Origin: Candidatus Zhuqueibacterota bacterium 4484_87 | GTDB lineage: Bacteria; Zhuqueibacterota; Zhuqueibacteria; Thermofontimicrobiales; Thermofontimicrobiaceae | Assembly: GCA_002085355.1 (NCBI GenBank) | Contig: NATN01000012.1 | Coordinates: 1-34,033 of the forward strand | DNA: 34,033 nucleotides | Reading direction: 5' to 3' | In this document: piece by piece, positions 8,674 through 17,077 of the stretch | How positions within the stretch are numbered: position 1 is the first letter of the stretch | Layout of the letters: each line of letters starts with the position of its first letter | Made by a program: the position numbers and the translations under genes | The notes under the pieces: model-generated | Told to the model about the DNA's origin: nothing | Database searches by the model: none | What the model saw: only the letters and a program-made list of their open reading frames with translations

Positions 8674-11600
8674 ATGTGTCGATACATTATAAAGTTCGGG
8701 GCTATCGTAGTTATTAGCATTGTTCTTTTTCTGTCATGCGGAGACAATGATAATGTAGTGGGCTCAAAGACAGATTCCATTGAGACTTTGACGACATCGG
8801 AACCGGCGATTTTGGCTGATGGACTTTCGTCAGCAATCATCGTGGCGACTGTGCTTGATTCCAGCGGGAAGCATGCCGGAGGTCTGCCTGTTCATTTTGA
8901 AACGACTTTCGGTACAATCAATGAAACCGTGTACACAGATCAGGATGGCAATGCTTATGCATTGCTGCAGAGCGTTGCCAGCGCAACAGATATCAAAGCG
9001 ACAGTTACGGCAACTGTTCTGGATACGCTGTTCACCATTCCCAAAACTCGTGCGCATTTCGGAGTTAATCTGTCTGTGAAAGGTATGAAGTCGTTGCCCG
9101 GCAGAAAATTCGATTTAAAAAAATCTTCGGCAGCAGGAGAAAATTCAGCATCCATCGATGTTACTTTTCTGGGCATTACTTTCAGCGGCGAATTACAGGA
9201 AATCGCAATTCCGGCAGACGGCATCTCAAAAAGCCGCTTGAAAGTCAACATCAAAGAAACTACAAGCAAGAAGGCAATTACAGAAGCGCAAATTTCTCTT
9301 GCTGCGTGCTATGGCACGATTGTCAATAAAATCGTAACTGACAATCAGGGATTAGCACAAACCGACATTACGGCAGCGACAACCGAAGTGACGGACTCTA
9401 TTTTCATGGAATACGGGAATGTCTTCCGCGATACGTTGTTCATCAGCTACGAGAAGCCCAATATTTCTATTTCACCGAAAACAGTTTACTTGATTGCTGA
9501 CGGATCGAGCAAAACGACCTTTACTGTCTCGCTGAAATCGAAAGAGAATACCCCCATCGTGAACGCAGAAGTCCGTTTTTCAGCGACAAACGGCACCATC
9601 GCGCCCAGTTCAGTTTTCACGAACAGCGAGGGAATCGCTCAGGCAACACTCACAAGCGTGGCAAAAGTGGACACAAATGTGCTCGTCATCGCGCGTTTGA
9701 ATAGTTTTGCAGATACATCTCATGCCAATTTTATCAAGCCGATTCTAAGCCTTACTCCGGAAACTGGAGAATTACCGGCGGATGGCAACAGTGAAATGGA
9801 TTTTACTGCCTCCCTCCTGCTGCCGGATCACACTCCTGTCGTCGGCGCAGTAATTAATTTTTCAACATCAGCAGGCTCGATTACTCCGGCTTCCGGTGAG
9901 ACAGATGCCACCGGCTCTGTGAGCGCAACGTTGAAGAGCAGTTTTGATGAAAAAGAAAATGTCATCGTCAAAGCGGCATTTCAAGAGCTGGAAGAGACAG
10001 CAACCGTCAAGTTCTCTCTCCCAGTTCTGACAATTTCTCCGACTGAAGCCAAATTGCTGGCGAATGGCAGCAGCAAACAAACTTTTACAGCAGCGTTGAT
10101 TTCCCGCAATAATGTTCCTATTGAAAATGCAGAAATTGTGTTTTCAACAACGAACGGGACAATATCCAATTCAACAGCAATAACAAACGCCGAGGGAAAA
10201 GCGACGACAGATTTGCGGAGCAGTACCATTGCTGATTCAAATGTGAAAGTAATTGCTCAGTTTCATCATGCCGCAGACACTGCAGCCGTCGTTTTCATCC
10301 CGTCTTCCACCGAAAGCGGATTGATGCTGGACGGTGAAAAAGAACTGTTCCGTGATGGAATTTCATCCACTTCGATTACAGCCACCGTGTTGGACGACAA
10401 TGGAAATCCTGTCTCTGACGCGACAGTCTTTTTTACTGCGCAATATGGCACAATTCCGCAAACTGCAATCACGGGCACAGATGGCAAAGCGACAGTGACT
10501 TACACTGCTGATGTGGGAGAGAATAGTATTTCTGACGAAATCACAGCAACCGTCGGTACAGCGTCAGTAAGCCATGCAATAAATTTAATAGGGCTGACAA
10601 TGACCCTCACTGCTTCGCCTGACTCAATTCCCGCAGATGGGACGTCAAAGTCGGTAATTTCTGTACATTTAAAACAGACTGAATCTCAACTGGCAGTCCC
10701 TGGAATAAGTATTACTTTTACCAGCAATTTGGGATTCATAGGTACAACGGCTACGACGGACAATGAAGGGGTGGCAATTATTGAATTACGCGCTGCTTCA
10801 ACGCCCGGAAAAGCTACCGTGACAGCGACTTACGGACAATTTGTCAAAACAGTGGACGTTCAATTTTATTTGAACTCGCCGCAAAGTATGGTTTTGACTG
10901 CTGATCCGAATTACATCTGGGTAAAGGAGACTGGCAATCTCGAGCAAACAGTGATTACTGCCACAGTGTTGGGGGTTCAGGGACACCCCATTGGACATTC
11001 AGTTCCGATTAAATTTTATGTTCAGAATTCTCCTGATGAGAGCTTACCCGCAGACCAGCAATGCGGTTTTGTTGATGAAGCTGGTACTGTCGTGAGAGAA
11101 ACGGCTTCCATCTATACATCTGACGGATCAGCGAGCATCGGCTTCCGTTCCGGGACAAAATCCGGGACGGTAGAAATTCGTGCCGAATTAGTGGATCAAC
11201 CGCAAACATTATCTCGTCAGGCTGTGATTGTTATCCGTTCCGGTCCGCCCTACATCTGGATCGATCCGGCTGACCCCAATCATGTCTTACCGAACATGAC
11301 GCTTTATCTGGATTATTTCAACCAGGACGGCAAACACGCGCTGCGTGAATACAATGTCACAGCGCTTTTAGGTGATAAATACAACAATCCTGTTGAACAA
11401 AACACGACGGTTTATTTCACTACCACGGGTGGCGTCATCACAACCGATACAAAGACGGACGCACAGGGTTTCGCGCATGTATCTCTTTTCTCAGGAAACC
11501 CATTTCCGACAACATGTCCGTCCGATACGCGACTGGATCCGCATCAGATCCCTAATCCGAATGCAGACGGCTTATTCTTGCCCATTACGTTGACTGATTT

Positions 11601-12084
11601 TGAAGGAGGCGAGGTGGTCAATAGCTGCGGGGATACCGGCGAAAATGATGGCATCGCTGTCATTTATGCCTATACATGGGGCAGAGATCAAAACGGAAAT
11701 GATGCAACAGTATTTTCTACAGCAAAGGCGATATTTGGCGGCGCTATTGCCCACTTTGAGGTATTCGTCGATCCACCGGTGGATTCTCTGAATCCGGGCG
11801 AAGTTGCCAATATTCACATTCGCGTCTGGGACGAGCACGGCAATCCACCATCAGCAGGATCTTCATTAACAGCATCCACCTCTGCGGGGAAATTATCAGT
11901 TGAAAAATTTATGCCGGATAAAGATCGCTATGGATATGGCAGCACTTATTTTACAACATCTCTGCTCAATAATTTGGACCCTGTGGAAGACGAGGCGCAA
12001 ATGGCAGAGGTTACTATTGAACTGGATGCGCCCAATCCAAACGGGAAAGTAAGCGGAACTGTTTACGTATATCTAAAATTATAG
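8674..12084 (+). CDS. Large lipoprotein with about 10 invasin/intimin-type Ig-like (Big_1) repeats; putative adhesin
   Basis: Lipobox VLFLS|C. Repeated (I/L)PADG.S...(I/F)TA.(V/L).D..G.PV....V.F.T..G.I......TD..G.A...L motifs. S/T/A/V-rich composition. Confidence 0.82.
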   Translation: MCRYIIKFGAIVVISIVLFLSCGDNDNVVGSKTDSIETLTTSEPAILADGLSSAIIVATVLDSSGKHAGGLPVHFETTFGTINETVYTDQDGNAYALLQSVASATDIKATVTATVLDTLFTIPKTRAHFGVNLSVKGMKSLPGRKFDLKKSSAAGENSASIDVTFLGITFSGELQEIAIPADGISKSRLKVNIKETTSKKAITEAQISLAACYGTIVNKIVTDNQGLAQTDITAATTEVTDSIFMEYGNVFRDTLFISYEKPNISISPKTVYLIADGSSKTTFTVSLKSKENTPIVNAEVRFSATNGTIAPSSVFTNSEGIAQATLTSVAKVDTNVLVIARLNSFADTSHANFIKPILSLTPETGELPADGNSEMDFTASLLLPDHTPVVGAVINFSTSAGSITPASGETDATGSVSATLKSSFDEKENVIVKAAFQELEETATVKFSLPVLTISPTEAKLLANGSSKQTFTAALISRNNVPIENAEIVFSTTNGTISNSTAITNAEGKATTDLRSSTIADSNVKVIAQFHHAADTAAVVFIPSSTESGLMLDGEKELFRDGISSTSITATVLDDNGNPVSDATVFFTAQYGTIPQTAITGTDGKATVTYTADVGENSISDEITATVGTASVSHAINLIGLTMTLTASPDSIPADGTSKSVISVHLKQTESQLAVPGISITFTSNLGFIGTTATTDNEGVAIIELRAASTPGKATVTATYGQFVKTVDVQFYLNSPQSMVLTADPNYIWVKETGNLEQTVITATVLGVQGHPIGHSVPIKFYVQNSPDESLPADQQCGFVDEAGTVVRETASIYTSDGSASIGFRSGTKSGTVEIRAELVDQPQTLSRQAVIVIRSGPPYIWIDPADPNHVLPNMTLYLDYFNQDGKHALREYNVTALLGDKYNNPVEQNTTVYFTTTGGVITTDTKTDAQGFAHVSLFSGNPFPTTCPSDTRLDPHQIPNPNADGLFLPITLTDFEGGEVVNSCGDTGENDGIAVIYAYTWGRDQNGNDATVFSTAKAIFGGAIAHFEVFVDPPVDSLNPGEVANIHIRVWDEHGNPPSAGSSLTASTSAGKLSVEKFMPDKDRYGYGSTYFTTSLLNNLDPVEDEAQMAEVTIELDAPNPNGKVSGTVYVYLKL

Positions 12085-12089
12085 GAAAA

Positions 12090-12173
12090 AAATGCGGTAC
12101 ACTTTCATTCTTCAATCATGTGTAAAACGGGAACAACATGATTCTTCCATCCATGCCGAGGTGTACCGCATTT
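12090..12173. repeat. Nested inverted repeat or structured intergenic element
   Basis: Perfect 13-bp IR AAATGCGGTACAC (12090-12102) / GTGTACCGCATTT (12161-12173), enclosing an 8-bp IR AATCATGT (12114-12121) / ACATGATT (12136-12143). Confidence 0.8.
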
Positions 12174-12198
12174 AATACTTTCATTTGATGGATCAACT

Positions 12199-12687
12199 AT
12201 GATGCAGAATGTTTTACTGATTGGCGCATTTGTGATTTTGGGGATATTGATTTTATCAATTAACAGCACAATTTTCGTCACCAACAAAGCGATTAGAGAG
12301 AACGAAGTTCATATTACAGGAATCGGTTTGGGGCAAGCGCTAATAGAAGAAATCACTTCGCGGTCTTTTGATGAAAATACGACCGGGTCAAAAAGGGTGC
12401 TCTCCCCTTATCAATTGACGAGCGTGGATAATCTGGGCAAAGAAACGGGAGAGCCACCATTTGATGATGTGGATGATTACAATAATTACAGTAAAAAAGT
12501 CGATACGCCGCGAATCGAGGGATACATGATTAATGTAAAAGTTGGCTATGCGAATCCGTTGATCCAGAGGAATTTTATTAATACGAAAACATATCTCAAA
12601 AGAATTGAAGTAACGGTAAAAAACCCGAAATACATGCATAACCCAGATTCGCTGACATTAGCGACTGTAGTTTCTTATTTCAAATGA
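12199..12687 (+). CDS. Minor pilin-like protein (PilV/MshD-like), cassette A
   Basis: N-terminal hydrophobic helix, LIEEITSRSFDE, LGKETGE..FDDVDDY (MshD-like), KRIEVTV. Paralog of 14239-14742. Confidence 0.62.
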   Translation: MMQNVLLIGAFVILGILILSINSTIFVTNKAIRENEVHITGIGLGQALIEEITSRSFDENTTGSKRVLSPYQLTSVDNLGKETGEPPFDDVDDYNNYSKKVDTPRIEGYMINVKVGYANPLIQRNFINTKTYLKRIEVTVKNPKYMHNPDSLTLATVVSYFK

Positions 12688-12699
12688 AACAGGAAAACG

Positions 12700-13281
12700 A
12701 TGCAAACGACTTTCAACATAATAATTTCAATTATCATTTTTTCACTTTTAATGATGATAGTCGTAAGCGTCGATGGCAACGTGAAATCAATTTCCAGGCA
12801 GCTATCAGGAGACAAAATCGCCCAGGAAATGGTCGTTGTAATTGTTGAGTTAATCGACCATGATTTTGCAAAAATTGGTTACATGAAAACCGCCCCTAAA
12901 TTTAAATTAGGTGCGTTGGATTCAAATAGAATCACTTTTTATTGCGATTACGACAATAATGGGCTCATGGATTCTGTTTCATATTACTTTGACTGGGAAG
13001 CAAGTGCCGTGAAATCCAACCCACATATTCACCAACTGTATCGCAAGATGAATAATCAAAACCCTGAAAAGGTTGCTTTGGGAATTGTTCATTTCAATCT
13101 CGCTTATTTCGATGAAAATATGAACTCTATCAGCTACGGCAAATTGGCAGATGTGAATTATGTGAATCAAATTAGGGCGATTCGAGTCCGTTTGCGTGTA
13201 GAAACTCAATTTCAAATTGAAAATCATTTCGGAAGCGCTTATTGGGAAAAAGTCTATTTTCCTAAAAATTTAAATTTATAG
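12700..13281 (+). CDS. Minor pilin-like protein (PilW/GspJ-like), cassette A
   Basis: N-terminal hydrophobic helix, IDHDFAKIGY, DYDNNG, FNLAYFD, IRAIRVRL, PKNL. Paralog of 14763-15347. Confidence 0.62.
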   Translation: MQTTFNIIISIIIFSLLMMIVVSVDGNVKSISRQLSGDKIAQEMVVVIVELIDHDFAKIGYMKTAPKFKLGALDSNRITFYCDYDNNGLMDSVSYYFDWEASAVKSNPHIHQLYRKMNNQNPEKVALGIVHFNLAYFDENMNSISYGKLADVNYVNQIRAIRVRLRVETQFQIENHFGSAYWEKVYFPKNLNL

Positions 13282-13290
13282 AACTATAAA

Positions 13291-14139
13291 TTGCGCGGTA
13301 CTTTTGTCGAGGAAGATCAATATATGGATTGTGGAATCGATACGGTTGCCATTTCATCGGATTCTGCTAATCCAACAATCGGAGATACAATATCAGTGAC
13401 GGTAAAAGCCTGGTACAATGACAAAAGGAAAGAAGCTTCAGCAAAAGTCGTATTGTCACGATTGACAATACCGCCGCTGAAAGCAGCCGTTGCCTTCCCG
13501 GGTCAAAATCCGGTACTTGATCTCAACGGCGCGCCGCTTATTGATGGCAATAACCACGACTATAACGGAAATTTGTCATCTGTTTCCAACGATCTGCCAG
13601 GCGTCGCAGTTCACTCAACAACAGACAGCGTCAACATTGTGCAAAAACTTTACAATGACAAACAAGAAGATCACGTCATTGGATTTGGCGGAATACCAAG
13701 TGTGCAAGTCAGCACAGTAGATGATCCGTCCATTTTTATTGATCCCATTACTGCCAGCGCTGACTTTCATTTGGCAGCGGGAACCTATAGTTCAGTGATC
13801 TTTGGTTCCAAAGATGCGCCGGTTATCGTTTACGGCCAAGGTGATTTGAAATTTTCCGGTGGCGTTGTCGGTCACGGAATTTTAGTAATTGACGGTACCT
13901 TGACGCTGTCAGGTAATTTTTTCTGGTATGGCATTGTTTACGTCGTCGGACCTTCTCCGGAGATTTTTAACTCGGTTGGCACAAATAGGATTATCGGCGG
14001 TGTGGTACTCGGCGGCAAAGATAAGACCGCTCGTTTACGAGGTACAGCAGATATTAAGTACAGCTACGAAGCAGTCGAAAATGTGCGAAACAAGACAAAA
14101 AGTCTCCTGACAATGAGTTTGATTTCATGGTTCGAATAA
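13291..14139 (+). CDS. PilX-like protein, cassette A, apparently lacking its N-terminal pilin-like helix (5'-truncated)
   Basis: Third slot of the cassette. Gly-rich beta repeats (GHGILVIDGTLTLSGNFFWYGIVYVVG) and C-terminal ISWFE, matching ISWWE in 15369-16634. Weak TTG start, no RBS and no TM segment. Confidence 0.55.
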   Translation: MRGTFVEEDQYMDCGIDTVAISSDSANPTIGDTISVTVKAWYNDKRKEASAKVVLSRLTIPPLKAAVAFPGQNPVLDLNGAPLIDGNNHDYNGNLSSVSNDLPGVAVHSTTDSVNIVQKLYNDKQEDHVIGFGGIPSVQVSTVDDPSIFIDPITASADFHLAAGTYSSVIFGSKDAPVIVYGQGDLKFSGGVVGHGILVIDGTLTLSGNFFWYGIVYVVGPSPEIFNSVGTNRIIGGVVLGGKDKTARLRGTADIKYSYEAVENVRNKTKSLLTMSLISWFE

Positions 14140-14238
14140 TTTCTATCGATTAATTGTCACAGGAAGTATTTAATCGGTCAATGATCTTGCGCGACAATGA
14201 TCGGTTCGTAATTAGTTATTTAAAATTGGGTTGAGAAA

Positions 14239-14742
14239 ATGGGAAAAGGTGATCTCATATTAGTTATCGGCGGACTGTTGCTCCTGTCGATGTTCACGCT
14301 CTCGATTAATAGCTCCATTACAGAGAATAGAAAGACGCTTTACTCGAGCGAAAGTGTGCTGAATGCGTTGGCTCTTGCTGAAAAATACATTGAGGAAGCC
14401 GAAGCGCTTCGATTCGACGAAAAAAAATCAGCCACTATTCCCAGTTCATTCACGAATCCCAGCCGTCTCGGTCCGGATGATAATGAATATTATCCTAATT
14501 TCGATGACATCGACGATTTTAACTATTTCACTTATACCGATACTTCTTCAGGCAATGTACCGTACACGATTCAGATCAGGGTTTTTTATACGACACTTTC
14601 AAATCCTGATCAGATTTCTACCAGCAGAACTTACTTTAAAAGAATGGTCGTAAATATCTCATCACCATTTATGAAAAAGATCAACGATAAAACGATCACG
14701 TTGAAAAAACTCTTTGCTTATCATTATTTTTATAGTGAATAA
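14239..14742 (+). CDS. Minor pilin-like protein (PilV/MshD-like), cassette B
   Basis: N-terminal hydrophobic helix, YIEEAEALRFDE, LGPD..E...FDDIDDF, KRMVVNI. Confidence 0.62.
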   Translation: MGKGDLILVIGGLLLLSMFTLSINSSITENRKTLYSSESVLNALALAEKYIEEAEALRFDEKKSATIPSSFTNPSRLGPDDNEYYPNFDDIDDFNYFTYTDTSSGNVPYTIQIRVFYTTLSNPDQISTSRTYFKRMVVNISSPFMKKINDKTITLKKLFAYHYFYSE

Positions 14743-14762
14743 CAAAAAAATACGGTCAGAAA

Positions 14763-15347
14763 ATGAATGCAATAAGGGAATCAATACTGGCGCTGTTTCT
14801 TGCGGGCTGGATCATCATGATCGCTCTTCGTGTTAATACTAATACGACGCTTCACCTATATCACACGCAACAGAATGTGCTCAATCAAGAGAGTATGCAC
14901 CTACTGACTGATATTATCGAATATGATTTCCGTAAAATCGGTCATGGGTTATTAAATCCTCTCGGCGCCATTCAAGTCGCTGACAGCAATCGCATTGTAT
15001 TTTCCTATGATAAAGATCCGTCATTAGCGTATGATTCAATTAAAGTTGTTTATAAAATGGCCCCCATTGTACGTCGCAGTCACGTGTTCAACAAAATGCT
15101 CATCCGCAAAGAAAACTCAACAAAAATCACCCGTTTTCCGTTTGGCATTTCAAGATTTCATTTGAAATATTATAATAAACTGGGACAATTGTTGCCCACT
15201 CCGGTAGTATCTGATTCACTGGCAAGCATCCGAGAAATCGAAGTTTCCATCACGTTGGAAAGCAATAACCTTTCAGAAAAAGGATACGACCGGGCAAGAT
15301 ATGTGAGCCGCTTTGTACCCAAGAATCTTTTGAGTCATTACGAATAA
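14763..15347 (+). CDS. Minor pilin-like protein (PilW/GspJ-like), cassette B
   Basis: N-terminal hydrophobic helix, IEYDFRKIGH, FHLKYYN, IREIEVSI, PKNL. Confidence 0.62.
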   Translation: MNAIRESILALFLAGWIIMIALRVNTNTTLHLYHTQQNVLNQESMHLLTDIIEYDFRKIGHGLLNPLGAIQVADSNRIVFSYDKDPSLAYDSIKVVYKMAPIVRRSHVFNKMLIRKENSTKITRFPFGISRFHLKYYNKLGQLLPTPVVSDSLASIREIEVSITLESNNLSEKGYDRARYVSRFVPKNLLSHYE

Positions 15348-15368
15348 AAAAAATATATAGGCGAAATT

Positions 15369-16634
15369 ATGGGACGCTACGTTGCATTCATCATCATGGG
15401 ATTTTTTATCAGCACTTCTACCCTGCGGATGCAGGCTAATCGCTACACGAGTGCCAGCGTGAACAATTTTTCAACGAAATATAAAAAACTTGTTTTAAGA
15501 AATATCGCCAACACTGGGGCTACTGTTGCGTTGAATGCATTGACTGTCAATATTAACACAACAGCAGGGGTTTCAAACAGGCCTCTTGACGGTGGCACCT
15601 ACTCCTATTTCATTGAAAGGCAGCAAGACGACCCCAATTTAGGACCTACAGAAATTCGCGTCACTTCAATCAGTCGTTTCCTCGGCATGACGGACACGAT
15701 TATCGTGTTGTTGACAAGACCCTCTTTTTCAAGATATGCATATTTCACAAACCATGAAGGAAATATCTGGTTTGCCACAGGCGATACAATCTATGGCCCT
15801 TGCCATACCAACACCTATTTTCAAATGATGGGGCAACCAGTTTTTTATGGCAAAGTAACAAGCTCCAGAGTATATAATTCTCATTCTCCTTACAGAAAAT
15901 ATTACCACGGATCAACAAATCCCCAATTCCTGGGCGGCACAGAGTGGGGAGTGCCCGAACTCCCGATGCCTGATCATATACCCCAGGATCTGATTGATGC
16001 CTCGCAGAACGGCGGAATTTATATCTCTAAAAGACATGTCTGGATCCAATTCCTCTCAAATGGGAGGGTAAAAATAGCTGCCAAAAATTCTCCGAGTCCT
16101 CCGCATTCATGGCAATATACGACTTACAATTTAAATTCCATCAATGGTGTCATCTATGTGAACAATTGGGGAGCCAGACCTGTCGTTCGCGTCAAAGGAA
16201 CAGTGAATGGAAACGTGACTGTCGGTACTCGAGGTTACATTCGAATCACTGACGACATTGTATATGCAGATGATCCGAGAACGAATCCAAGTTCAAATGA
16301 TATGTTGGGATTAGTTGCCGAGCGGGACGTTATCGTAGCGAATAACCATCATGATCAGGACAGGACGATCCAAGCGAGTATTATGACGCTGAATCCTTCT
16401 GTTGCTCCTAATAAAAACTTCTGGGTCGATCGTTACAAAAATGATCGTTACGGAAGGCTGCATCTGTTGGGTGGGTTAATTCAAAATTCCCGCGGCGCCG
16501 TCGGTTTGGTCGGTAGTTACTGGTCGCGAAAAGGCTACCTCAAAGATTATCATTGGGACTCTAGATTAATGAAAATGAATCCCCCTTATTTCCCGACTTT
16601 GTTCGCCTTGAAAAAAATCTCCTGGTGGGAGTAA
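15369..16634 (+). CDS. PilX-like protein with DUF4900-like C-terminal domain, cassette B
   Basis: N-terminal hydrophobic helix and LRNIANTGATVAL (PilX_N-like). FSRYAYFTNHE..IWF.TGD.I.GP.HTN, DMLGLVAE and C-terminal ISWWE. Confidence 0.62.
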   Translation: MGRYVAFIIMGFFISTSTLRMQANRYTSASVNNFSTKYKKLVLRNIANTGATVALNALTVNINTTAGVSNRPLDGGTYSYFIERQQDDPNLGPTEIRVTSISRFLGMTDTIIVLLTRPSFSRYAYFTNHEGNIWFATGDTIYGPCHTNTYFQMMGQPVFYGKVTSSRVYNSHSPYRKYYHGSTNPQFLGGTEWGVPELPMPDHIPQDLIDASQNGGIYISKRHVWIQFLSNGRVKIAAKNSPSPPHSWQYTTYNLNSINGVIYVNNWGARPVVRVKGTVNGNVTVGTRGYIRITDDIVYADDPRTNPSSNDMLGLVAERDVIVANNHHDQDRTIQASIMTLNPSVAPNKNFWVDRYKNDRYGRLHLLGGLIQNSRGAVGLVGSYWSRKGYLKDYHWDSRLMKMNPPYFPTLFALKKISWWE

Positions 16635-16910
16635 TAAACGAAAATAAGAACCCAGGGATAAATCCATCTAATTTTTTTTTCTGCAATAATGGGTCTTTAC
16701 CCATCCAATATTTTAATACCCAAACAAAAAGATTGTCCATCAAAAACTTTTTTTTAGAAAACAATTCTGCAAATATTATCAATTTTTGATTTTTTTCCAA
16801 CATGAATGATGCTGCCATTTCAAAATGAAATAAAAATTAAGAATTGAAGAATGGAAGAATAAAGTAAAAGTTTAGCCAAATATTTATATTTCCTATCTAA
16901 TTTCTACAAC

Positions 16911-16943
16911 CTTATAACTCATTTAATTTCATTGTGTTATAAG
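16911..16943. promoter_or_regulatory. Palindromic candidate activator (UAS) or IHF-type site
   Basis: CTTATAAC-N17-GTTATAAG perfect 8-bp IR, centred about 100 bp upstream of the predicted sigma54 start site. Confidence 0.4.
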
Positions 16944-17004
16944 AAGATATTATTTCGCTCGTTTTATTCATATTTAGTAAAATAGCTTCCCCAAAATAAT
17001 TCAA

Positions 17005-17020
17005 TGGTACGCTTTTTGTT
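17005..17020 (+). promoter_or_regulatory. Candidate sigma54 (-24/-12) promoter
   Basis: TGGTACGCTTTTTGTT versus consensus TGGCACG-N4-TTGCW. GG-N10-G spacing is correct, with 2 mismatches including the -12 C. It lies upstream of an operon encoding a sigma54 activator. Confidence 0.5.
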
Positions 17021-17077
17021 TAAATGAAAAGTGAACAAGTTACTTGTAAAACTCTCAAATATGAAAGGGGATGGGAA

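Noticed and set aside
8790-10860. Repeats in the large lipoprotein as a possible CRISPR, VNTR or DGR target
   Set aside because: They are diverged protein-level Ig domains. I saw no near-identical DNA repeats, spacers or reverse transcriptase gene.
13279-13281. Amber recoding (pyrrolysine or alternative code) to explain the in-frame TAG
   Set aside because: TAG is an ordinary stop for several tightly packed genes here (7030, 12084, 17704, 19727), and the paralogous W-like gene ends just after the same PKNL motif.
14179-14202. Direct repeat CAATGATC twice between the two pilin cassettes
   Set aside because: Only 8 bp with no other support, and no match at the cassette A boundary that would suggest recombinational switching.
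16672-16755. Poly-T tracts as phase-variation sites
   Set aside because: Intergenic, far from the predicted promoter, and expected in very AT-rich sequence.
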